This document shows positions 38,097 through 50,649 of a stretch of 64,000 bases of DNA, piece by piece. This stretch comes from Cenococcum geophilum. Taxonomy: Eukaryota. The stretch lies in the NCBI GenBank assembly GCA_050273025.1, contig CP158635.1:26784001-26848000 (forward strand), read 5' to 3'. Within the stretch, counting starts at the first letter, position 1, and the number at the start of each line of letters is the position of its first letter. Made by a program: the position numbers and the translations under genes. Below the pieces are notes generated by a model, which was not told where the DNA came from, searched no databases, and saw only the letters and a list, made by a program, of their open reading frames with translations.

Positions 38097-41000
38097 TGTA
38101 GAATCATGTGAGTTTTCAGCGTCTGCTACTATGCTCTTTCCTTGAATCGCAGCCTTGGGCGTTGGCAGAGCTCAAAGGAAACCTTGACTGAGTCCGAGAG
38201 ATATTTTCACGGAAATTAAGCTTTGGGAGGTCGTTCCAAGCTCTTGGAGCTGATTCTGTCGTTATTCTGGACACTATCACCGCCAATCGGAACTTTCAAG
38301 TTATCAGCTCAGCCTTCGCGATGAAAACAAAGAATAACGGGGACAAGGACGCTGGTAGGCCCAAGAGGGTGAGTCAGCGAGGCTTTACAGCTAATACGAG
38401 GTCAACATACCTGCCAGGCGTTCCTGCGACGCTGCGTGTTCCTGGAGGTGCCGAAGTCGACCAGCAATGATGCAGGTGGCCTCCGAACACCGGCGGTCAA
38501 CCACGGCCTCCAGAACGGGTTCTCGCAGTCAATCGAGCTGAAACACGGGCGATACGGGAGACGGGCTTCGACTTTGCTGAGTAGAGGCTAAGCGGCTTAC
38601 GTTTGAATACAGGAGTATCTTTGAGAGGGATGGTATGAGGCCGATTGCAGCTGGCGGGTACAAAGCGGCGTTCTTCCAAGTCAGCTGCCTGGGAGACAGG
38701 CACTGGGAACGGAGTTAAACTTCTGCTAAAGAATTCGATCCACTCGCGCTGCGTAGGCGGGCAAAAGATGCTTGACTGGTCGGCCGTCAAAGTCAAAGTG
38801 TTCGGCCAACTTCCCGCGGCGACCGAGATCGAGGCGTGGCGATTGTGGTGCCGCAACTTGGGTACGCTGGAGGACAACGATTGAGGACAAACGAGTACTT
38901 TGCTCCAGCTCGCCTCCAAGACTTCTCACAGCCTGTTGGGTGTCAGCGAGTCTCCGGACGTTTCGTTGCAAGCCGTCAAGCCAGTTTGGTGAAGGCACAG
39001 CGTCGGAGGACAGTGAATGGCAAGCTCTATCCTCGACGCAGTGGATTGGCTGGTGGACCCCAGGCCGCAGGAGGACAAAAAGCTGGGGAGAACGATGACC
39101 GGGCTCAGGCCAGGATCAACGCTTCGACTCTCAACGGCGAAATAAAATGAGCCAAAAGGAAAAACTCGCAAAGCTGCTCTAAACAATGACGAATGATGGG
39201 CACTGTCTCTGCGCAGCTCTTCTCTCAAGCGATGATGCTCGCTGTAAGCAGATCCCCAAGGCGGTACTCGTAATCCGTCGAACCAGGTCCTATGAGATGT
39301 TGCATGACACAGCAGTCAACGTCCTAGACCAGGTGCATGGCATGGGCAAGGGCACTTTGACGCCTCTTGCGGCATGCAGGATCAAGAGCTTCGGGATTGG
39401 CTGTTTCATCTGAGTACAAAACGGTACTTTACTGCTTTACACCATGGGGCCCGTTGGGCATTCGCTGGCAGGGATTTCCGCCTGCAGCTTCCTGAATACT
39501 CTAGTCCTTTTCGCGAATCTTCTCCGTGTCGTATGCGACCAGACCGAGGTCTTGCCGACCTGCACATTCTCCTGGCCATTCCTCTGTGAAAGCTTCCTGG
39601 GGAGGGCAAAGATTCACCCTCAGCCCTTCCCGAGCTGCTCTGACGACGTCCATCACCAGTTCGCCAACGCCATGTTGTTGATCCTTTCTCCAGCACTGCC
39701 AGCCATCTTCACAGCCTGCCTCGTCTGGAAGTCGGCATTGCGTGGCTGCGTGCTACGCCCAAACCGTCCTGGCAGTGACGGGAAGCCTGCTCGACAGAGG
39801 TCTCGGCCCATTTTCATACGAGAGCTGTATCATTTTCATTTCGGCTTACTACTTTAGTATATCCAGTGTTCTTTATTCTCTCTCAGGCCAGCCATGCTGG
39901 CTCTACTATGAAATAACTTCCACCCGTGCGTCAAACATAGTAAGACACTCATTAGGCCTCCTAATTCGGCTAGACTAACATTCTTCCAATTGGTGAGCAA
40001 TAATTAATGTTCGCGAACAAGCAGCAATGTCCCTGAGGGCGTCATGAACGTAGGGGTGTCGCAACAATAAAAATCGCGATAGTCGGGCGATGGGACGGGT
40101 CGGACGCTGCGTTGGCTTCCGAGATCGAGTTTCATGGCCCCCCTGGGGCCCTGGACGCGGAATTAAAGGACGGCGCTGCGAGAGGCCAGCGAGATGGGTC
40201 TCTCCAAACGACGGAACCAGCCACACCTGCAAGGCCGCTTACAACCGCGGGTTTTGCAGCTCTGCGGGCGATAAACGCCATCGGAACGATCAAGACGTGG
40301 CAGGGAGCCAGCCGTAGAAAACCGTAGCGATTCTCCCGGAGGTGATCGGGCGTGGGAAGCTCCAACTGCCACCGAAACTTGGGGTATGACGATGGACAAT
40401 CATCGGTAAACATAGACGACACGAGCAGGTGTCGGAACAAGCTGGCAGCGCCGGACGTGGATGGCGCTATTTTCCCACCAGACCAATTCACGCCAGAAGG
40501 ATGCTAGCCATCTGTTGGTTCGAGCGCTGCACTGTACTAACCCACTTTGGGCCAAAATCTGGGGATAGGTCATGCGCTCTGGTGAAATCGGCGGCGCCTG
40601 CATTGATTCTCTGCAGCCGTAAAACCACCCTGTGCCGTTGCTGATTCGTATCGCTTACAGCCCACTTTGAACGGCTCGACCCCTCGATTTAGAACAACTG
40701 GCAATTGCTGGTGGACGAAAAGTTGTGCCAGTCTTCGACATGCTCACATCTAAAAGGTTCAGGGTTGCTTCGCCAGTGAGCCTTTTGGGCCTATGCAATT
40801 TGTCGCCCCAGGGAATGGGATGGGATCCACCCAAGGACACGATCCGACGGAACACCTGGGACTGAGGCAACTAATACCAGATAATACCAACAGCCTTGGC
40901 CTGTAAAGACCGAAAACTGTGCAGATTTATACCTGACATCCACGGAGGACGCCCGCCGCTAAGAACGGCAATAAGCTTGCAGGTATCGCACATGACCCCC

Positions 41001-42804
41001 TTCCGTACGAGTCAAGAAGACCCTTATATGTCACTCCCGTCTCCAAGGGCATATTTGTCGCTCTCGGCCAAGCAATAGGATGTTTTCTTCAAGCTGCCAC
41101 GAGATTTCGGAGTGCCCTATGACGACAGAGTCTCAGAGAAACGTCTCATTGGCTACCGACAACCATCTTCGATTAGCTGGTTGGACCGTTTTTCATCTGA
41201 ATGGAGATTGCACAGCCATGCTTGGAAGTGCGCAATTACGCAACCGTCGGTCCGCGACGCGCGTTAGAAACGCTCCAGCCGTGGCGCTCCATGTTCTAGA
41301 ATGCTATTCGAAGTTGACGCAGACTTGTTTGTTTTGAAGATCAGCGATACAGGAGTTTTAAAATCCCGCATTGAGCGAACCCCGATGCAATTCTTTGGGG
41401 CCCAGCAAATACGAGCGATAATTTTCCCCATAGCTTATTTTTCGCATGCATCTTCACGATAGAAAAGCTTGAAGCACCAAGCTTCCTCCCAGACCAACGC
41501 CTTACCGCTTACTTCGAAGTTATAAACAACCATGTGCTTCTCCAGGGTTATTCCACTGACGTAAATGGCTTCTAGATAGCCGTTCTGCTTTCAAATCTCA
41601 GTTAAAAGATCTGCCGCAAGCTTGGCAAGTTCATGCGCAGCTGGAGATCGCTTCTTGCCACCGAAATAAACGTCGGCGTCATGGTTTGCCTCTTCTCCCG
41701 ACAAGCTTTCCGTGAACAACCCTTAGGCTTGAATCATAAGGTTACAGCTAAGCACTGCCGCCTCAGTCGCTTCTAGACCTAATAATTTCCGAAATAGAGT
41801 TCGTGGTCCATTTCACTGTAGGTTTTTGTTGCATGACAGAAGATTAGTATTTATTCAATGCGTAGGCCTACATACCAACTATAACTGACCCTATAGCGGA
41901 CTCACGTAAATACCTAACATATGAAAATACCCGGCCTTCAACACTTCTAGCCGGCGACTGCGAAATGCATGCATGGACATAGAGACTGTACATATTAACA
42001 AGACAGGATTTCTTACCAGCGAGCAAATGCCGATGCAACCCCAAAGTTGCCACTTCCGGTTGGCCCACCCATCCCACTTCGCGCAGCCCGCGATGCCCCA
42101 CCTACTCAATCAGAGCGAAGTTACCACGTTGTAGTGCTTTCTACGCGCCGCATTCAGAGCCTATCAAGACAACATGCGGGACAATAATAGCCTTCGACAA
42201 CCCCTTGACTCATCCGCAAAACCCTTCACAACGGAACGTTCACCTTGGATGCGTGTCCTGTGCGGGAGCTCCAGTGGTTTGATTTGCGTCCAATACAACC
42301 TTAGTTCTTATTCCTTAGTCTTCTCATAAGCTAGGAATAGACAAAAGGTCGAACCCCTAGAACTCGGTTACCCCCTCAAGTTGGTCATCTTACCAAAATC
42401 AAATCACCTACTTGCCCACCTATTTTCTACACAACCAACCGTTCAATATGGATCAAAATGAGCAGAACTTGCAAATGGCACTTGCTGATTTCAAAGCCGG
42501 CAAATTTAAATCTAGCAGACAAGCCGCAATAGCGTACGGCGTTCCTCCGGCGACTTTCAACGATCGATTGAATGGTAAGAAGCCACGACAAATTGCATAC
42601 CAATACGAACACGAGCAGCAACTGACCCCTATCCCTTGGACTGGTACAATTCGTCCTACCGTTATCAATAAGAACTAGCCAATAGGATCAGTGGGGTCAA
42701 GGCTCCGTGATGAGAGAACTGAGGTCATAGAATCTGCCGATTTCCATATACAATTGCTATATACACCCAATTTTTGGAGTTAAGTCGCTTAAGATAGGGT
42801 AACT

Positions 42805-42979
42805 GTAGTGATCTATTTGGACTGGAGCGGCGTGGATCCGGCGTGGAGCGCCGTTGGAGCGCCAGTTTACGTTTATCAATTATAGGTTTAGCGCCTTCCT
42901 AAGATAGATAAACGTAAACTGGCGCTCCAACGGCGCTCCACGCCGGATCCACGCCGCTCCAGTCCAAATAGATCACTGC
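42805..42979. mobile_element. 175-bp palindromic hAT-type MITE
   Basis: About 73-bp near-perfect arms and an 8-bp TSD GGGTAACT at 42797-42804 and 42980-42987. The empty site is visible in copy A near 31573-31582. Confidence 0.93.
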
Positions 42980-43330
42980 GGGTAACTAATATTTATCCTT
43001 TCTATAGAACGGAATTTTGCAAACAGCGAGGTTTAGAGGAAGATTTAAGGTACTCTAGTTGTTAAAATTCGCGATATATAAAGGCTTAAAGGAGGGCAAC
43101 AGCTACAGCTGCGGGGGTTATTTGGCCTTTTAAGTTGGTGGGATTAAATATTGGGTTAGTGGAACAAAGTCTATATTATTAGAAGTACGATTGGAGGGCA
43201 TATATAACATCTAAATCTATAGGTAATACGCGTACTTTTAATTCTAGCGTTTTAGTGTTCTGCGTATAGTCTAATAATTATAGGAAGCTACTAGCCTCTT
43301 TAGGTACGATAAAACTGGCCCATTTGGTAT

Positions 43331-43632
43331 CCCTTGACCCGTCAGGGCGAGCAGAGGGGAAGGCCCGTGCGCGAACACCAGAATCAGAACAACGCGTAGA
43401 ATTCAACTATTAAATACACCACCACCATGTCTTCTAATCATGCTAGAATTGATGCAGATCTTGTTCAGAAGACTCAATATAAGATTCCCCCAAATAAGAC
43501 GGCGAAAAAAATCCCCCCGAAGCCTTGGCCACTTTCCGAATTTTGTATTCCTGAGCACGGCTACCAAATCCTACTGATCTGATTGGTGGGCTCTTATCGA
43601 TAACCTGCGGGCCCAAGTTAACGGGTTAAGGG
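43331..43632 (+). mobile_element. 302-bp piggyBac-like mini element, copy C (second subfamily)
   Basis: TIRs CCCTTGACCCGTCA / TAACGGGTTAAGGG with AT on both sides. Encodes MSSNHARIDADLVQKTQYKIPPNKTAKKIPPKPWPLSEF, similar to the copy A remnant, and shares the subterminal TCTTATCGATAAC motif. Confidence 0.78.
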
Positions 43633-43807
43633 ATATGCGCAACCCCTAAAAATTAAGAGTTAGAACACTATATATATTAGATCTAATATCTTATTATCTA
43701 ATCGTCTATATTTATATAACCGCTTTATATACCACTTATACTGCTTTTAACCCTTCTTTTAATCTAGCTCCTCCTTAAATATATATATATAAATTAAGCT
43801 AACGCAG

Positions 43808-43908
43808 TGTAACGTGGCCCGCCTCCACGTCGCCATACGGCCAAAAAGACTGAGAGTGCTTGCGAACTTGTCGCAAGCGCGGCGGGACCTAATATATATA
43901 CTCTTACA
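43808..43908. mobile_element. 101-bp solo LTR
   Basis: TGTAA...TTACA ends and a perfect 5-bp TSD CGCAG. Confidence 0.85.
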
Positions 43909-44823
43909 CGCAGCCTTCTTCGTTATATAACGCCTTAAATAAAACTTCCTCTTTAACCCTTAAGCTTAAGGCTTAATAATTAAGAAATTAGGAGAATTTC
44001 CTAGCCCCGTAATAATTAAGAGACTATAATTCTTTACCTAAGAATAAATCGCTCTTAAATTATAAGCAGAGTCTTTGTTTTAATAAAGAGTAAGCCCTTT
44101 TAAGTAGAAATTGTTAAGAATTATTAGGAGAATATAGTTAATATAAACGTTTATAGTTATTTTCCTAACCTTATTTAAAACCTCGTATATAACTAGCTTC
44201 TTATAATTAAAGCCAATAATTATAAAAGAGCTTAATTAAGTCCTCTTCTTATGCCTTAGCTTTAGTATCTTTACTTATAACCTTCTTCCTTTAAATATTA
44301 TATCCTTTATATTGACTTACCAAACCCTTATATTATTTAATACGCTTTATAATTTAAGGGCTAATTCTAAAGTAGAATTTATTATAAAAAGCTACGTCTT
44401 CCTAATTCTTTAAATGCAGTTATTACGGGGGTTAGATATTAATAAAATTAAGACAATTTTTGGCTTGCGTTTAAGTTAACTCCTTCTCTTCTTTATAGAC
44501 AGCGTTTATAATCCCTTTATCCTTCTTACACGTCCGTTAAATTATTTAATAGTATATAGAGGAAGGAAGCTTAACTTTAGTAGCGTCTATGACATTAATC
44601 TAAGGCGCGCCTTTATCGTTAAGAGGGATATGTTTATTATTAAAATAATTTGCGATTACGGCTGTTTTGGAGTGTTTAAGAGACCTAGGTTTCCTATAAG
44701 GGTCTGGGCCTACGTTAGGCTGGTTATACCGTATGCGAAGCTGTTTTAAAGAGAGTATTTAACTCTAAATTTAAGGTGCAACGCCGGTAATATCTTAAAT
44801 CTCCTTTTAAGTAAGTGTAAGAT

Positions 44824-47800
44824 TGTTACGGCACTGGCAAACTGCCGTCAGATTGCCGCAAATTGCCGTCACGTGACCAGAGGATTGTATATAACTTCGA
44901 GCGGCGCTGCTACTCTTCTTCTTTCCTTTCTCTAGCTTTAGATCCTCGTTTATAGACTACCAATTATACAGGCTTGCGCGTCCCTCTTGCTATACTTATG
45001 CCTTAATTAACTAAGTTACTAACATTATCCAAAGCTTATACTACTCTTTCTTCCTAAGAAGGAACTTAAATATATCTACGAACCCTAAGGACAGGACAGA
45101 ACCCTAAGGATATTACTAGAACTATAGGGGTAGAATAGAACTAAAAGGACACGTACGATATGAACTTTAAGAATAGGACACGCACGGACTAGAACCCCTA
45201 AAAATAAACAAACACTAGAAATTACCTAACACCCTTACTATTATGCTAAGAAATACAGCAGCCGGTAAAGTAGCTATAGGACCCTTAACTACCTTTAATA
45301 GTAAAACAGCAACTAACTCGAACCCCTAGGTAGAGCTTATAGCAGCTAATACTAAAATTAAATAACTTTAAGAGCTGCTTAAAGCCAGAGACCCCCCTAT
45401 ACCTAGTAATAAGTTATTAGACACCTAGAGACTTGCTATAGTCCTTAAGGCCCTAGCCTAGCGTATAGTATCTATATTGTTGTAGTTAGTAAAGGTTACG
45501 GACCCCCTGTTGCTTATAGACGGAACTAACCCTATATTTAATAACTAGAAGCTTTAACTATAGGATAAGCTTAAAGTTAATACAGACCACTTCCCTACTA
45601 CTTAAGCTAAGATGGCCTACGTCTTCGGCCGTACCGGCGGAGACGTATAGACGCACCTACGTTTGTAATACGCCCAGGACTTAACAGATCCCTTCCTCTC
45701 TGGAGACAAGATAATTAACTACTTATCGTCTATTTATAAGGACCCCTTTAAGGTATAAAACGCCCGCCCTAATTATAAGGGTCTAAATATAAAAACAACT
45801 AAAACCTTCTTAACCTTCTAAACCCGCTTCCTATACCTAGCTAGCCAAGCCTAAATTCCCTAGAAAGATCTACTACTAGACCTATTTAATAAGCTTACCC
45901 TAGACCTACAATAAGCCGTACTACTAGTCTTTACTACTATAAAGACGCTAAAGGAACTTGCGGACTAGTGCTTAGCTATTAACTAAGGCCTCTAGCGAAT
46001 TAAGGTACGTGCTAAGAGGTATAAAGCTAGAAACCCTTCTAACTAGACTATAAGTACTACAAGAACAATACGTAGTGCTCCGGCACAATCGGCCAACCTT
46101 ATAGTACTAGTTGTATAGCCTACCGTTAACCTAGCAGCTAGCCGCGCAGCTAGTCCTACTATGGGTCTAGAGTATACCCGGCCAATATATAGTAACCCCT
46201 ATAAATAGGCCCTTAGCAATTAAGGAGCTTACTTTTTATGCGGCTAGAAGAACTACTTTACTAAGGATTACCTAATAAATATAAAAGTAGGCGAGGTCCT
46301 ATTAATCTAGGAGGATAGCGCAGAGTTAGAAAAAGAGGAACCCTAAAGAAAGACTCCTCTCTAGGGTTAAAAGGGATTAATATATTATATATTAATCTAG
46401 GTCAGCTAGTTAGTAGAAAAAGCTACACTATCCCTTATACTTTATTCCGTAATAGATATCAAGTTTTAACCTCTACGTTAGCTAACTCTAGAGTAAATGC
46501 CTTTACCCTAATAGACACTTAGTATGCCGTAAAGCTAGCTAACTTTTTAAATGCACCCCTTAAAGAACTGCCTAAACTAATTCCTATTCGCGGGTATAAC
46601 GGACGGATAGGGCTACCTATTAAGACTATCTTGCAGATTTACCTCCGCGTTAACGGACGAAGGTAGTATAACGTCCCCTTTCTTATTACGGACTTAGGAA
46701 GTTATAATATAATCTTAAAAAGAAAATAGCTAGCCTATTTAAGCTTATAGCTTAATATACGGAACAGACGGCTTATCTGGCCTAAAACCCTACCCCTAAC
46801 CCCTTCCTTTATAAAAGAAATTAGCATTATAATAGAAAACCTTATACGGCCCTAGATTAATACCATTTACTAGGCCGACGCTATACGCAGAGACTAGGCC
46901 TTTAAGAAGGATATACAGCTTAACCCGTAATAGATCCGTATACTACGCCACCCCCAAACTACCTATATTACGCCACCCGCACTAAAGACCTAGGAAGTTA
47001 GTAGTAACCTAGCTAAGCCCCCTATAGAGAATCCTATAAAGCTATAAAGGAAAGCTAGGGATATTAGACGCTATACCGAACTAATAGATAGGAAGGACAA
47101 CTTGCAGAAAATGGAACGTAAGCTAAGAAAGACTATAAACTCTATACTATAAAATACGGCCTAACAGAAGTCCGTAAAGAAACCTACGGACCTTCTACCT
47201 ATTAATATCTGCTGCATTAGTGCCGTAGGATTTTACTAGAACTTAGTTTAGCCTAATATTATTACCTTTACAACTAGCTTATATAAAATTAATTAAATAA
47301 TTAAGGAAAAGGAAAGTAAGCTTAGCGGAAAGGAAAGCGAGCTTATAAATAAGGAGCTAGTAGAACAAAAACTACCCTATTAATACCGGAAATTTAAGGA
47401 TATGTTCTCTAAAGCAGCGTCTAATACGCTTCTACTACACTAACTGTATAACTATAAAATCAAGATTGAGCAAGGTAAGGAAAACACCCTTAGCTTTAGC
47501 CCCCTCTACCCATAGTCTATTACCAAATTATAAGCTATAAAGTAATACCTTATTAATAACCTAAATAAGGGCTTTATTAAGCCTAGCTAAGCCCCTTTTA
47601 ACTCGCCTATTCTCTTTATTAAAAAGCTAAATAGAGGACTCTATTTCTGTATTAACTACTATAAGCTAAATAACCTAACTCGCAAGGACTGCTATCCGCT
47701 GCCCCTACTTAATAAGACTTTAGCCTAAATAAGTAAAGCTAAAATCTTTATAAAGCTTAATATCCGCTAGGCCTTCTACCGAATTAGAATAGACCCCGGG

Positions 47801-50649
47801 TCTAAGGATTTTACTATATTTTAAACCCGTTACGGAACGTATAAATATAAAGTATTTCCTTTTAGACTTACTAACGGACTAGCTACGTACTAGCGGTATA
47901 TAAATAATATACTCTTTAACTACCTTAACGACTTCTATACGGCCTACCTAGATAATATTATAATTTACTCTAAGAACGAACTAGAATACAAGGAGCACGT
48001 CTATAAAGTCCTATAACAGCTCCGCAAGGCTAGTCTCCAGGCTAATATTAAGAAGTTAGAGTTTAGTGTTAAGCATACAAAGTACCTAGGTTTTATTATC
48101 AGTACGGACAGAATTAAGGCTAACCCAGAGAAAACGGCCGCAATTAACTAATAGGCACCCCTACGGACCGTAAAGGGGGTATAATTATTTTTAGGTTTCT
48201 ATAACTTCTATTAACGCTTTATTAAAAACTACAGTAGGATTGCCCGGCCTCTTAACCGTCTTACTAGGAAAAACTAGCCCTTCTATTTTAACGCCATATA
48301 TATGCAGGCCTTTAATGAGCTTAAAAAACGGCTAGTATTGGCTCCCCTACTTACCCATTTCGACCTAGAATGGCCCTTAATGCTAGAAACTAATGCCTTA
48401 AATAGCGCGATAGCCGGTGTTTTTTCCCAGAAGCAACTGGACGGAGAATAGCACCCTATTATATACTATTTAAAGACTATAATAGATACCGAACTAAACT
48501 ACCATATCTATAATAAAGAAATGCTGGCTATTATCTCTAGCTTTTAGCACTGGTGTGCACAGCTAGAGGGGACCCCTAAGCCTATTAAGGTAGTTTCGGA
48601 TTATAAGGCCCTAGAATACTTTATAATAACTAAGGCCCTTACAGCCTAGTAGGCACGCTAGGCGGATATCCTATCTTAGTTTAACTTCTTAATTATATAT
48701 AGACCAGGCGCTATAAACCGTGTGGATGCTCTTACTAGGTGCGAATAAGACCTAGGTAACTAGACGGCTATAAAGATCTTATTATAGACCTAGACACTAC
48801 TATAACTGGAACACCTTAACCCCTAGATATAGGCAGAACTAAGTATAGACTCCTTAGGCGCCAAGATATATCCTATTAACCCCTTAGGATTTAACTTTAT
48901 TAATAAACTACTATAAGTAAACCGAACGGCCCCCTCTCTACAGGAGTACCGTAAAAAGGTAAAGAACATTACTAGCCTATAGTCCCTTAAAAACGGACTA
49001 CTTAAGCACTAGGAACGGCTAGTAGTAGCTAAGGAATAGAACTTATAGACCTAGCTTATTGCCGAAGCTTATACCTAGGTCTCTATGGCCTACCCCAGAA
49101 AGAATAAGACCCGTAAAATTATTAGTAACTGATACTACTAGCCCGGAATAGTTATAGATATTAACCGCTATATACGGAACTATAATAACTGCTATAGGTC
49201 TATAATTCCACGGGATAAGACCCTAGGACTATTAAAGCCACTTCTAATACCAGAACGCCCCTAGCAGTATATCTCTATAGACTTTTATAAACTACCCCTA
49301 GACCGTAACGGATACGATATAGTTATAATTCTAGTTAACCGCTTTAGCAAGCGCCCGTTCTTAATTCCCTGCTATAAAAATATTAATGCTAAAGAGGCGG
49401 CCCGACTATATATCTACTACGTTTACCGAATATAGGCCGTAGTTTATATCGGCCTTCTAGAACGAGTTTACCTGGATCTTAGGCATTAGGCTAAAGCTTT
49501 CTATAGTATACTACCCCTAGATAGACGGTTAGACGGAGATTATAAACTAATATTTAGACTAGAAACTCCGGCCTTTTATTAACTACTTCTAGGATAACTA
49601 GGCTAAACTACTACCCCTAATAGACTATACCCAAGCAACCCTACCCCACGACTCTACTAGATTTGCCCCTATTTAACTAGAAATAGGCTACTTACCCTAT
49701 ATAAGCTTTAACTGGGAAAGACCAGAAGGACCCTAGACCGTACGCGAGAAACTATCCTATAAGGAAGCCTAGCAGTACGCTAAGCGCTTAGAAGAAGCCT
49801 AGACGGTAGCCCGTACGAACCTACAAAAGGCCCAGAAATTAATAGAATAGCAGGTAAATAGGTATAGGCGCGAGCCTAACTTTACTATAGGCGATATAGT
49901 TTAGGTTATAATAAAGAACTAAAAGACAAAACGGCCTAGCCGTAAGCTAGACTATAAGATAGTAAGACTATATAAGATTCTTAACAAAGTAGGCAACTCG
50001 TATAAGGTTGAACTCCTGGATTTAATTAAGGTCCACCCTGTCTTCTCGCCAGATAAGCTATAAAAGGCTATAAACAACCTATTACCTGGATAAAAGAATG
50101 AACCGCCCCTGCCGATTTAAGTTAACGGCGACGATAAATAGGAAATTAAAGAAATACTAGCCTATAAACTTATAAAGGGAACGCTAAAGTATTATATTAG
50201 TTAGAAAGGATATAACCTGGACCCTACCTAGTACCCTATATAGAACTTTATAGGTAGTCCCTATAAGCTTTAGGAGTTCCACAGCCGTTACCCTAACGAA
50301 CCTAGACCGCTAAAATACCTAGATAAATAAATAGAATGCTAGTATAATGAAGACGATAAGTTACCAGAAGAGTATAAAGATAGGAACGCCCTATGGGTAT
50401 AGTACAGACTATAAAGCCTGAGGGTAGGCTTTTTCGGAGGGGGGGTAATGTTATGGCACTGGCAAACTACCGTTAGATTGCCGCAAATTGCCGTTATATG
50501 ACCAGAGGATTGTACATAACTTCGAGCGGCGCTACTACTCTTCTCCTTTCCTTTCTCTAGCTTTAGATCCTCGTTTATAGACTACCAATCATATAGGCTT
50601 GCGCGTCCCTCTTACCGTGCTTATGCCTTGATTGACTAAGTTGCTAACA
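44824..50649 (+). mobile_element. Full-length Ty3/Gypsy chromoviral LTR retrotransposon, RIP-inactivated
   Basis: 201-bp LTRs at 44824-45024 and 50449-50649, TSD AAGAT, PPT GGAGGGGGGG. Decayed gag zinc knuckle (about 46230), protease (LANSRVNAF), RT (YLDNII), RNase H (ETNA, YNKEMLAI), integrase with a short deletion near 49434, and chromodomain (EIKEILA). Confidence 0.97.

Noticed and set aside
38400..42300. Many short overlapping ORFs upstream of the AmdX-like gene, and CTGAG...ATAATACC near 40860 as a TPP riboswitch
   Set aside because: Expected ORF noise in GC-balanced regulatory DNA. The conserved riboswitch stems and spacing are absent.
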